DNA of 64,000 nt from Dictyostelium discoideum. Its lineage: Eukaryota. The notes below the pieces were generated by a model. It had not been told where the DNA came from and did no database searches. It was given only the letters and a program-made list of their open reading frames with translations. The position numbers and the translations under genes were made by a program. Shown here piece after piece: positions 19,783 through 31,180 of this stretch. The first letter of the stretch is position 1. Each line of letters opens with the position of its first letter. The stretch lies in contig CM000154.2 in assembly GCA_000004695.1 (NCBI GenBank), forward strand, positions 4,928,001-4,992,000, written 5' to 3'.

Positions 19783-19829
19783 ACTTTGGTAAAAAAAATT
19801 TAATTAAGAAACAAAACATTTTAAAAGAT

Positions 19830-20101
19830 GACCCTGTAAAAAAAACTAAAAATAAAATGAGATCTAACATCTCAAGGAGAAGCAACTAATAATTGCGTTA
19901 TCCAATTCAAAAAAAAAAAAAACATTTTAAAAGACAAAAAAAAACAAACAACAACAACAATCTCTTTTTTTGATTATTTCATTTTTCATATAAAAAAGAC
20001 TTAAAAAACAAATAAATAAATAAATAAACTATTTTAAAAAGCCATCTTTTTACTTTATTGTAATTTATTATTTGATTATTTCATTTTTCATATAAAAAAG
20101 A

Positions 20102-20144
<43 letters not shown>

Positions 20145-20427
20145 GGAAATCAGAAAATTTCCAGATTTTTAACTTTTTAAAGAAAAATAAAAAAAATAGA
20201 AAGAAAATAAGATGAAAATCACAAACAACACCACAAATATTAAGCAACACAAATGCCTACAAAAAATAAGCGAAATTGTGGATAAAACTCAATTAAAAAA
20301 AAAACAATTCAAATACGTCATAAACATCAATCACGAACCAGACGATAAAATAAAAAAAGATTTAGAAAAAAGTTTGGACAAAAAAGATGTTTTAATCAAA
20401 AGTAATAATACAATTCAAAATTCGAAA

Positions 20428-20466
<39 letters not shown>

Positions 20467-20596
20467 TAAACCAACCCCTCTTTTAGAGACCCTGTAAAAA
20501 AAAAAAAATAAAATAAAATGAGATCTAGCATCTCAAGGAGAAGCAAATAATAATTGCGTTATCCAATTCAAAAAAAAAAAAAAACATTTTAAAAGA
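19830..20596 (+). repeat. Repeat cluster upstream of the tRNA. It contains a ~106-bp direct repeat (19830-19935 and 20488-20596, over 90% identical, each ending in an A-run) and an internal ~36-bp direct repeat (19971-20008 and 20073-20108). The cluster begins exactly 48 bp upstream of the tRNA 5' end.
   Basis: The copies were aligned by eye: gaccctgtaaaaaaa...aaaatgagatctaRcatctcaaggagaagcaaMtaataattgcgttatccaattcaaaaaaaaaaaaacattttaaaaga. It is consistent with remnants of a TRE5-type insertion, since TRE5 elements target about 48 bp upstream of tRNA genes, but the family is unverified. Confidence 0.5.
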
Positions 20597-20670
20597 ATTC
20601 ATTTTAAAATTTACAAGGAAAATTGTAAATTTATTGATTATTTTAACAAATATTTTTAATTAAGTTTTAA

Positions 20671-22021
20671 TTAATCTAGTTTTATAATACCTAAAACAAT
20701 TAATTGATAAAATAATTTCATAAAAGTATTTCTAAATTTTTCACCAAACCAACCAACTTCATTGGCATGCATTCTTTCAGTACTACTTCTACTAAAACCA
20801 ACAGCTTTGAAACCTCTTGATAACATTTCATTTTCATAGGATGATAATGATTCTATAATTGGTAAACCATTGATAAATATTTTTGTTAATGCATTACCAA
20901 GCTCCAATGCATCTTTAATTGCAGTATTACCACCCATACCAGCATGAGAAGTCATTGCATGAACACTATCACCGAGTAGGGTTACTCTTGAAGTTTTAAA
21001 ATTTAAAATTGGTGATGCTTGAGTTAGAGGAGTTGCATGTGAGTCTAGTAAATGTTGAGGTCCAAGATAATCATTTAATAACTTTAATACCATTGGATGA
21101 TAATTTTTAGTATCACGCCTAATTAAATTTAATAAATCTTGGCGAGTCGTTGGAATTGGATCATTTGTAACATCCTTTGGTCTCCATTCATAGCTTATCA
21201 ATAGAATCTCTGTATGATGTTGATTCTCCTCAATAACTCGTTCAATATTATCAACATCTTCAATACCTAAACTAATTGCATGTTGAATATTCTTTGTTCT
21301 ACCAAAAATAATAGTATTTCTAAAATTACCCAAAGTTTTCAAAATTGTTGAATTTTCATCACCCTGAAAGATTACATCTAAAATATCATTTGTTACATTT
21401 GGTACCAATGCTTGAATTCTAAATACATTTACATCTGCAAATTTAAAATTTGGTAATTTAAAATCACGTACACATGATCTTACACCATCAGCACCAATTA
21501 AAATTTCACCTTTTTCAATTGTACCATCTTCAAATGTTGCTATCACTTCACCATTTACATCATCCTCTATATATGATTGTAATCTTTTACCAAACTCAAC
21601 ATCAATACCTTCCATTAAAATTGATCTTAATTCTGAACGATTTACAGTTCCACCAGATTTAAATTTTAATAAAATTTCAAGGTTACGATCTGCAACTGCA
21701 AATTCACCATCTTTAAATAATTGTTTAATTTTTTCAAATTTCTCTTCACATAATGATGATTTTAATGATTCAATACCAATCTTATTTAATCCAATTAAAT
21801 AACCTTGAATTCTTGATTTTTCACTTGTATCTCTTTCAAATATTTTAAATTTAATATTTTCTCTTTTTAATATATTTGCTAATACTAATCCACCTAAACC
21901 GCCACCAATAATTAAAACTTTAATTTTTTCAATTCCTCTAAATAATAAAAAAAATTAATATATATTAATATATTTTAAAAATTTTAAAAAAATATGTTTA
22001 ACTAATTTATTACTCTTTCAT
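20671..22021 (-). CDS. FAD-dependent aromatic-ring monooxygenase (salicylate hydroxylase / UbiH-like family) of about 424 aa. Model: complement(join(21937..22021... first exon 22014..22021, second exon 20671..21937)).
   Basis: An 8-nt first exon ATGAAAGA is followed by a GTAATA...TTATTTAG intron (21938-22013). The second exon opens with the Rossmann GxGxxG IIGGGLGGL. The DG motif GADGVRS and the FAD-binding GD motif LLGDSVHAMTSHAGMGGNTAIKDALEL are present. Confidence 0.8.
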
Positions 22022-22351
22022 TATTTTTTTTCAATCTAATTATAAAAAATAACTACATTTGCTATGGAAAAAAAAAAAAAAAAAAAAAAAATTTATAATT
22101 GTATTTTATACCTTTGCTATAAAAAATAAAGTTGATACCTAATTATTATGATGATCAATCTTAATTTTAGTTAAGGTTTTTCTTTAATCCCGATACGCAA
22201 TTATTTTTCATTAAAAATAAAAAAAAATTTTGAATTTTCAAGAGGATGAAATTTTAAAAAAAATGTTATGAATAAAAAATTTAAATTAAAAAAAAAAAAT
22301 CTAAAAATAACACATAAGCAAAAATATTTTTTTTTTTTTTTTTTTTTTTTT

Positions 22352-23380
22352 TTATATTAAAATATTAAAATATTTATTTAAAAATTGTTTAGTATTATAG
22401 TTATTTTCTAAATTTACATAATTATATGCAGATGGTGTTGTTGATAATAATGAAGTGAAATCTTTTAATTGAATTTCTCTATCTTTTTTACTATTATTAA
22501 AATATATAATATAAAAACAATCATTTTCAAATAAATAATAACCTTTATCAAATAATTTAAATAAACTTATTGGTGGTATTGATAAAGATGATGATGATGA
22601 TGATGAAGAAGTTGATTGAATTGATGATGATAAATATTTACAATTTAAAATTGAAATTAATTGGTCATTTGATAAAATTAAATTTCTATTAAAATGGCAA
22701 ATCGCTTGAAAAATCGATTGATTATTTTGTTTTTGTTCATAAATAAATGAACCATCAATTAATCTTCTAACTCTATACTCTTTTTGATTGAAATTTACAA
22801 TTGAATTTGAATTTGAATTTGAATTTGTATTATTTATTAATAATTCAATTGGTTGAAAACAAGAATTTACATTTAACCCTACATCAACGAAATAATCATT
22901 TCCATCTTTCCATTGAATAATATTTGAAAAGTGTATAATACCATTTGAATTTAAAACTGTTTTAACTAATTGAACTTTAATACCAATTTCATTTAAAAAT
23001 AACCCAAAAACTATATTTAAATGTGACGAATTACCACCATTACCATCAATTATAATTTTTTTAATTATTTCTTTAATACTTGAAAAACTTTCACCATCAT
23101 TATTATAATTATTATTTATATAATTATCATCATCAATTTGATTTTGATTTTGTTGTTCTTGTTGTTGTTCTTGTTGATTTTGTTGATTATTATAATTATT
23201 ATCAAATTTATTTATTAATGGTATTTGTTGACAAAATAATAATTGGAGTTTTGAAATTTCACTTAATGATCTAATTTTAAAATGTTGAAATTCATTTTCA
23301 TTACAATTTACCATCACTCTTTTTAAAAATTGAATTTTAAAATTAAAACTAAATTTATTTTTTAAAGAACTGTAAAACAT
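22352..23380 (-). CDS. Arylamine N-acetyltransferase (NAT)-fold protein, 342 aa, single exon. Ser occupies the position of the catalytic Cys.
   Basis: GNGGNSSHLNIVFGLFLNEIGIKV aligns with NAT [23 protein letters not shown], so Cys aligns to Ser. IIHFSNIIQWKDGNDYFVDVGLN aligns with [22 protein letters not shown], conserving the His and Asp of the triad. Q/N-rich low-complexity insert near the N-terminus. Confidence 0.5.
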   Translation of the reverse strand: MFYSSLKNKFSFNFKIQFLKRVMVNCNENEFQHFKIRSLSEISKLQLLFCQQIPLINKFDNNYNNQQNQQEQQQEQQNQNQIDDDNYINNNYNNDGESFSSIKEIIKKIIIDGNGGNSSHLNIVFGLFLNEIGIKVQLVKTVLNSNGIIHFSNIIQWKDGNDYFVDVGLNVNSCFQPIELLINNTNSNSNSNSIVNFNQKEYRVRRLIDGSFIYEQKQNNQSIFQAICHFNRNLILSNDQLISILNCKYLSSSIQSTSSSSSSSSLSIPPISLFKLFDKGYYLFENDCFYIIYFNNSKKDREIQLKDFTSLLSTTPSAYNYVNLENNYNTKQFLNKYFNILI

Positions 23381-23425
23381 TTTTATATTAATTTTTATTT
23401 TTTTATTATTATTATAATATTGTAT

Positions 23426-23457
<32 letters not shown>

Positions 23458-23648
23458 TTATAATAATAATTTTAATCTAAATGATTAAATAATTAATTTT
23501 GATAATAAAAAAAAAAAATTTAAAAAAAATAAAAAAATAAATTTAAATTTAATCATTTAAATTTGGAAAAAAAAAAAAATAATAATAAATATATATGCAT
23601 TTATATTTATATAAAGAAATAATATTAAACTAGTAAAATACTTTACCC

Positions 23649-23697
<49 letters not shown>

Positions 23698-24078
23698 CAA
23701 TTGGGTGTATATACTTGTAAAAAATAGAATAAATATTACAGATATATTAACACTTTTATATCATATATGTGTGGTGTGTGGTGTTTTTTGTAAAAAACAA
23801 TTGATTATATATTTATTTATTTTTCTTTGTGGGGTTGTTCAAAAAAGAAAAAAAAAGAAAAAAAAAAAATAAAAAAAAAAAAACGGGTAAAGTAAAATAA
23901 GCAAACATATAAAACTAATATGTTTTTAATTTTAAATTTATTAATCTATTTTTATTTATTTGTTTTTATTTATCTTCTATAAAATTGGTATTATATTTTT
24001 ACTTCTTTTTTTTTTTTTTTATTTTTGTTCTATAAATTTTTTTTTTTTTATTTTTATTTTTTTCAATAACTTTTGTTA

Positions 24079-25439
24079 TTAAGATACTGGATAACCATGA
24101 TAATTTTGATTATTTAAATTATTAAGTTGATTTTGGTTATGAATAATATTGTTTTTTAATTGAGTTATTGATTCATCTACCAATTGTTGTTGATGAGATA
24201 ATTGTTGTTGATGCTGTTGTTGCTTTAATAGTTCAGCAGTATTTGAAATTGATAATGGAATGATATGATCAAGTTCTTGACGTTTTGGAATACCATTTGA
24301 AGATGATAATGGGGTGTCGACACCACCATCACCACCACTACTATTATTGTTGTTATGAGTATTTTGTGCTACATTATCAGCTCCAACATCACCATCCATA
24401 GCATTATCATCATTTGAACTTATCATAAAAGTTGATGATGGTATAATTGTATTTGATTCTCTAATAAAATGATGGTGATGTGATGAACCATTAATTAATG
24501 GAGTTGAATGATTTTCTTCATCATCATTTGCGCCACCACCACTACCACTACCACTACCCTTACCTTTTTTATTAAGTAATATTCCTCCATTATTATTATT
24601 ATTATTATTATTAAATTCTTCATTATTGCTTCCACTACCACCATTTGCTTCAATATCATCATTACAATTATTATTTTTATTAGCACCACCACTACCACTA
24701 CCACCAGTAATTTCATTTAAATCAACCTCAACATTTTCAAATGGAACGAATGGAGAACCAACTCTACTTGATAAACCACCATTTTCTCTATAAGATTTCA
24801 AATTGATTCTCATTACTAATCCGAAAATGATAGCTTGACAAATTGGAACTACGACATAAGTTGAAAAGGACATATAATCGAATGGAACATGGAATACTAA
24901 ACTAAGTATGGAAAATACACCACCAAAGAAATCCATTACAACAAAAATCATACTAAGTCCAACCTTTTCTTGATAAACTTCTAAAATTTGTGGAAAGAAT
25001 CCAACTGCCATTAAACCTGTTGCTGCAATGGTCAATATTAATTGTAAAACAAAGGAATTGGTATGCTTTGCATTCAAAATTGAATAGAGTGAAATAATTG
25101 TTGCAATCGTTACTAAAACACATAATCCTATTGTAAATAATAATCTTTTTAAATTATATTTTCTTTTTTTAAAAAAAAATAAAAAAATCAATTGTTAATT
25201 AAAATAAATAAATGAAAAATAGGGGTGGTAAATATACAAACTTACTTTTGATAAAATAAATGTTGCATGACAATTACTAAACTGAAAAGAGAAAAACATG
25301 AAATTTGAACTACAAGTGCTGGTGGTTCTCTATTAAAAACTAAATTTGTACCTAAAATAACACCACATGCATACCAACATCCAAAACATGTTGGTGATAC
25401 ACCCTTGGTTGATTTTCTTTTGTAATTTAAGTGAACTTT

Positions 25440-25470
<31 letters not shown>

Positions 25471-25631
25471 TTAGTGGTTTTTTTTTTATTTTTTTATTTT
25501 TTTTTGGTGGGGTGGAAGGGGAGTATTTATAAATAATTTAAAATTTAAAACTTACTTTGAGGAACTAATTGAACTGACCAGAGTATAGTACCTACAATTC
25601 CAAAAAGATTTGAGAGAATTTTATTTTCCAT
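24079..25631 (-). CDS. PQ-loop repeat transporter of the PQLC2/Ypq lysosomal cationic amino-acid exporter type. It has a 7TM core plus a long N/G/S/H/Q-rich C-terminal tail, about 443 aa. Model: complement(join(25556..25631,25246..25435,24079..25144)).
   Basis: Exon 1 is MENKILSNLFGIVGTILWSVQLVPQ. It joins exon 2 as VPQ|IHLNYKRKSTKGVS, which is the first PQ-loop motif. The second PQ motif FFPQILEVYQEKVGLS is in exon 3. GTAAGT donors and AG acceptors with consistent phase (1,2). Seven hydrophobic segments. Confidence 0.8.
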
Positions 25632-26388
25632 TTTTTATTTTTTTTATTTATTTTTTGTGTAGGTGTGTGATTTTGGTGAATGAATTTAATTAAATGACTG
25701 AATCAAAATGTGGATGATGTCAATTTTTTTTTTTTTTTTTTTTTGATTTTTTTTTTTTGATTTTGATTTTTTTTAGATTTTTTAAGATTTTTTAAGATTT
25801 TTTTTTATTATTATTGTGAAAGTCTTGAAATGGGAAGAAAAAAAAGTGATGGTGCGTGGTCTGGTAATCTTTTGAGTTAATTATTATTATAATTTAATAT
25901 ATATAAAAAAAAAAAAATTATTTTATTTTTTTTTAAAAAAAGTGATTTTTTTTTTTTAGGAAAAAAAAAAAAAAAAAAAGTGAAGGTAGTAGTGGTGATA
26001 AAATTTAATGCTATTATATAAATATATTTTAAATATTGTGTTTAATCACACTCTTTTGGGATAAAAGTAGAAATATCACAATCAATAATAAATCTAATTT
26101 GTGGAATTGTATAGATAAGAGGGATGATTGTATATGTCGCCAGTTTTATAATATATATAAAAACTAGTTTTATTTAGTTTAAAATGATATAATATTTGGG
26201 TTTATAATATTTGTTTTAATAATATTATAATAATAATATAATTATCTATTTATTTATTATAATTTATTGATTTTATTTATTTGTATAAAAAATAATTTTT
26301 TTTTTTTTTTTAATGATAATGACAAGAATTAATAAAAATGACGTTTTTATATGAAAAAAAAAACCAAAAAAAAAAAAAAAAAAATGTC

Positions 26389-26422
<34 letters not shown>

Positions 26423-26951
26423 AAAAAAAAATATATTTTTCACCAGGTTTCACCAAGATATTTAAATAATAAAAAAAAAAAGATAACAATTAGCGGGTAA
26501 TATATTTAAAAAAAAAAAGAAAAAAGAAAAAAAAAAGAAAAAGAAATTTAAAAATAAAAAAAATAAATAAAAAAAAAAAAAGTAGATTTAATAAAATAAA
26601 AAAAAATAAAAAAAAAAATAAAAAAATGTGTGATGATTTGAAATAAATTTTTATTTTTATTTATTTATTTTTATTTTATTTTTATTTAATTGAAATTTTA
26701 TTATAAAACCATTATAATAACATTTATTTGAATTTGTAGTATTTTTGTTTTTATATTATATTAAAATTTCATTTTAATTTTTTTTTTTTATTATTACTAT
26801 TTTAATTCGACATCATAGATTTAACTGATAAAATCAAGATATTTTTTATATTATTATTATATTATTTTTCTTATTATATTATTTTATTTTATTTTATTTT
26901 ATTTTATTTTATTTTATTTTATTTTTTAATTTTTTTTTTTTTTTATTATTA

Positions 26952-27620
26952 TTATAATTTCTTATAATTTCCAAAATTAATTTCATTTTCTAATTCTTTT
27001 AAATCTTCAGTATAATTTATCCAAACATAGCCTAATAAATCAGAAGGTAAATCATAATTTTGAGATTTACCATTATATGGAACCGATAAATAAATTACAT
27101 TTGATCTACCGAATTTTCCAATTAAATAACCAAATTCGAAAACTACATTTAATCTTGGATATGCAATTTCAACATAATCAGAATTTGAATCTTTTTTAGT
27201 AAAAGCTTTATTATCGGGTGACATTATTACAATACCAAATTTACAATTTGAAATTTCTTTCTCTAATTTTTCAATTATTGTTTGACCATTATTTGGTTTT
27301 TCAAATAATAAAATTGGTTCAAATCCCATTTCAAATAAAAATTTTGAAACTTTTTCTCTTACAATATTATTATGACCATGAACAATGAAAACTTTTATTC
27401 TTTCATTATTCCCATTACTAATACTATTATTATTATAATTATTATTATTATTATTATTAATAACACTACTATTTGTGTTTACTGTTGATACACTATTATT
27501 ATTATTATTATTATTATTTGGTATTATGTCAATTGATTTTATAATATTACTACTATTATTTAATGATATAAAAAAAATTAAAAAATAAAATAAAACTAAT
27601 AGTCTAAAAATATACTTCAT
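26952..27620 (-). CDS. Small secreted or membrane-anchored protein of 222 aa. An N-terminal signal peptide/anchor and an Asn-rich linker precede a bacterial-type TIR-like nucleotide-binding domain of the COG4271/PF10137 kind (Predicted nucleotide-binding protein containing TIR-like domain). Intronless.
   Basis: Signal peptide MKYIFRLLVLFYFLIFFISL. The domain KVFIVHGHNNIVREKVSKFLFEMGFEPILLFEKPNNGQTIIEKLEKEISNCKFGIVIMSPDNKA...RLNVVFEFGYLIGKFGRSNVIYL matches the remembered family consensus KVFIVHGHD..A...V..FLEKLGLEPIIL.EQ.N.GRTIIEKFE......FAVVLLTPDD.....R.NVIFELGYF.GKLGR.RV. Codon usage and the N-linker are host-like. Confidence 0.68.
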   Translation of the reverse strand: MKYIFRLLVLFYFLIFFISLNNSSNIIKSIDIIPNNNNNNNNSVSTVNTNSSVINNNNNNNYNNNSISNGNNERIKVFIVHGHNNIVREKVSKFLFEMGFEPILLFEKPNNGQTIIEKLEKEISNCKFGIVIMSPDNKAFTKKDSNSDYVEIAYPRLNVVFEFGYLIGKFGRSNVIYLSVPYNGKSQNYDLPSDLLGYVWINYTEDLKELENEINFGNYKKL

Positions 27621-27989
27621 TATTTAATATTAAAAAATTATGAAAAATAAGAATAATAAGAACAATAAGAAAAAAAAAAAAAAAAAAAAAAATTTTTTAA
27701 TTTTAATCAAAGGGTTAAATGGTGGAAATAAATAAAAAAAAAAAAAAAAAAAAATTAAATTTAAAAATTAAAACTTAAAAATAAAATGATGACTGTTTTA
27801 AAACAGTATTTTTGTAAATTTTTAAGAATGATTCGGGAAAAAAAAAAAAAAAAAAGATATTTTTATTTTATTTTTATTTTATTTTTATTTTATATTACAT
27901 TGGAAATTGATTAAAAAACTATTACTCTATATTTAATATATTATTATTATTATTACATGTTATTATAATTATTATTTATTTTTATTTTT

Positions 27990-29842
27990 TTAACTTTTCT
28001 TTTCTGAAGAAGCAAATATTGTACTTTTTCTAGGAGGTGGTGGATTTGATTGACTTGGAGATGATTTATTTGTAATTTTACTATTATTTTTAGTTGATGT
28101 TGTTGTTGTACTTTGTGATTTTTTATGATTTTGTGAAGAAGCAGAAGTTGTTGAAGTTGATAAAGAAGTTGAAGATGAAGAAGTTAAATTTGAAAAGAAT
28201 CCTTTACTACCACTGCTGCTGCTTTCAATAGCAGGTCTTAATGATAATACACTTGGTAAATCATCTGCTACTATGTTGTTATTATTGTTATTATTATTTT
28301 CATTATTATCTAAATCTTTCCAATCAGAAGTTGCTTTTGTCATTAATAAAGTTTTAATAAATTTCTCTTTATCAATATTTTTTAATTGAACGAAATAAAT
28401 TGATTTCTCCATAAATAGTAATATTGAATTTGTTAGATTGAAAATATCTAAAACGTCAATAACTCTAATTTTACTTGATAATGAAACATCAATGATATTC
28501 CAAATTCTATTATTTGATTTCAAACCACTTAGTATTGATTTTTGAGCCTTTTGTAATAACACTAAACAATCATTAAACGAATAGAATATTGTCTCTTTTG
28601 AAACTTTAAATTCATCTGGAAATACCCATTGTTCAGTCAATTCATCACTTGATGATTTACCACCTGATCTATATTTCTTTAATCTCTTTAATAATGAATC
28701 CTCTTCTTTTAATGGATAAATTGAATGTATAAAAAATTCACCATCTAAAATATATTTTCTACCATTTTCATGAATATTCTAATAATAAAGTGTGTGTGTG
28801 AGTGTGTGTGAGCAGCTATGTATATACATAAATATATATACATATAAGTTAATTTAATAATACTTACAACTTTATCAATTATTGTTTCTTGAAGTTGTTG
28901 AGTTTTAATTTGATTATCATCATCTCTTTTTGCTTCATTAATGAAAGAAGTAACTTCTTTAATACCTTTTAAACATTTATTTAATAATTTTACATTTGCA
29001 TGATTTGGAGGTGTCTGTTTAATTAATTCACTCAATAATAAAACATAACGTGGTAAACGTTGAACTGGCATAATCAATATTGAATTCAAATCAAGTCCAT
29101 TACATCTACTATCATTTCTACATTTTTCTAAAAAATTTGAAAAATCTTTTTTCTTTCTTAATCTCGCTAATAATGTCACTGATGCATCATATCCAATAAT
29201 ATAATTACTATACATTTTAAAATTTTCTTGCTATTTTTAAAAAATAAAAAAAAAAAAAAAAAAAAGGGGACAGGGGTAGAGCGAAGGAGTTAATAATAAT
29301 AATAATAATATTTATTTATTTATTTGATATATATATATATATAATAAACTTACATTTTTATTAAAAATATTTGTAATTGCAACAGTTGATTCCAATGAGG
29401 TGATTTCTTTTAATTTTTGAGGTTTTGAATTTGGTGATGAGAAAGTGGTTGTAGTGGTGGTAACTGTTGATAATCTATTTTGATTGGTTGTAGTTACTGT
29501 TGTTTTAGTTAGAGAATTGGGAGGTAAGATATCATTTGACCAACTGAAAGAGTTATAACAAATGGCTAACTCTGTAAAGAATTCAACATGAAATTTTAAT
29601 AAATCTTCAGTTAAGAAAATTGATTTAATATGTTCTTCTTTTATTAATGACTTATGTTGATTTCTTAATGGGTCAATATAAACCTCTTGAATCGCTGATA
29701 AATAAGTTACATAAGATTTCTCAGTTTGTATAATTTCTTCTAATATTAATTCTCTCTTTTTTTTAGTTGATTCATCTTCATCATTTTTACTATTACTACC
29801 ACCACCACTATTTGATGATGTTGTAGAATTATTATTACCCAT
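27990..29842 (-). CDS. Rho guanine-nucleotide exchange factor with a DH domain, a PH domain and a Ser/Thr-rich tail. The N-terminus MGNNNST fits an N-myristoylation consensus. Model: complement(join(29354..29842,28868..29230,27990..28778)), about 546 aa.
   Basis: DH motifs ILEEIIQTEKSYVTYL and LNSILIMPVQRLPRYVLLLSELIKQTP. The PH region is RKYILDGEFFIHS...SFNDCLVLLQK. Introns are GTAAGT...TAG with phase 0 at both junctions. Confidence 0.8.
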
Positions 29843-29986
29843 TTTTTGTATTTGAATAAAAAAAAAAAAAGTGGGAAAATAAAAAAATAAAAAAATAAAA
29901 AAATAAAAAAAAAGAATAAAAAAAAAAATCTGAAAAAAAAAAAAAAAAAAATTTAAAAAAATAAAACAAAATAAAAAATCAGATTT

Positions 29987-31180
29987 TTTTTTCAAATAAA
30001 AGAAACTTTTTTTTATTTGCACCATCAAACCTAAAAAGGTTAAAGGGTTAGAAGGTTTACACCAATATTTTTTTTTTTTTTTATTTTTTTTTATTTTTTT
30101 TTTTTTTTTTATTTTTTTTTTTTTTAATTTTTTTTTTTTTTATTTTTTTTTTTTTTAATCAATTTTGTTGTGTTGTTAGGGTCCTTGGAAAAAAAAAAAA
30201 TGAGTCGAAACCGCCACCACCACCCAGATTCTACTGAAAAACTTTTTCAATATGATAACTTAATGGAATTTGAATTTGGGAATGATTGTACAGCAGAATG
30301 TGTCAAGGAAGTAGTGGAAAGACTTGAAATGTATAAAACTGCATCAATACTTTATCAATCACTCAAAGTAAACTAAGATGGTACCTTACCTCTTTTTCAA
30401 CTTAGAGATGTGTTAAACTACAAAAGTGGTAATGATCATTTAGTTCAAAACAAAAATATTCAAGATCTCTTTACAGTCAATATTTTGGATCTTAATTTTC
30501 CTGGTACAAGAAAAAGAACAGATATCAGGCCAACAAAAAAAGAAGAAAATTAATAATAATAAAAAAAATATATATATTTTTTAAAAGATTATTACACAAA
30601 CCTACTACTGGTCGACCATGGCCTCAAATCACTTCAGGTTACATAAATAAACATATAAATAAATAAATAATTTAATTCATTGTTGAAATATAAATTTCTT
30701 TATTATTATCATTTATTAAGTTGAAATTTGAAAAGCATAATTTTAATATTGATTTGGAATAAACTCAAATTCATTTTTAATTTGTTTTTAAGTGATCAAA
30801 AGCAAACAAAAAATTGCTTAAACTGAAGTGATTAAAAAAAAAAAAAAAAAATTTTAAAAGTAATAATGTATTGATATTATAATTTTATTATGTTATGATT
30901 GTGGTGATGTTGTCTTGGTTGGGCTCTCACAGCCAATACTCATTTTATTCGATTACAAACAAATTAAAAATATAATAGTCATATCTGATTTTTTTTTCAA
31001 AATAAAAGAAGTTTTTTTTTTTATTTGCACAGTCAAACCTAAAAAGGTTAAAGGGGTTAGAAGGTTTATGGTATTTTTTTTTATTTTTTTAATTTTTTTA
31101 ATTTTTTTTATTAATTTTTTTTTTTTTTTAATCAATTTTATTGTGTTATTAAGAAAAAGGGTCCTAAGAAAAAAAAAAAA
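29987..31180 (+). repeat. A ~200-bp direct repeat in two copies (about 29987-30190 and about 30975-31180, roughly 85-90% identical outside the homopolymer tracts). The copies bracket a small ORF.
   Basis: Aligned by eye: ...caaataaaagaaRcttttttttatttgcacMRtcaaacctaaaaaggttaaaggg(g)ttagaaggttta...ttaatcaattttRttgtgttRtta...gtcct..gaaaaaaaaaa. Confidence 0.55.
30200..30432 (+). CDS. Possible small protein of about 64 aa in two exons: join(30200..30367,30406..30432). It reads MSRNRHHHPDSTEKLFQYDNLMEFEFGNDCTAECVKEVVERLEMYKTASILYQSLK|RCVKLQKW.
   Basis: The ORF-track ORF 30170..30376 is followed by a GTAAAC donor and a CTTAG acceptor, in frame to a TAA. Not recognised. It may be spurious. Confidence 0.3.

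Noticed and set aside
26952-27620. Possibility that the TIR-like gene is bacterial contamination
   Set aside because: Codon usage is AT-rich and host-like. The protein has a eukaryotic signal peptide and a poly-Asn linker encoded by (AAT)n. It is embedded between host genes in AT-rich intergenic DNA. It is therefore a resident gene.
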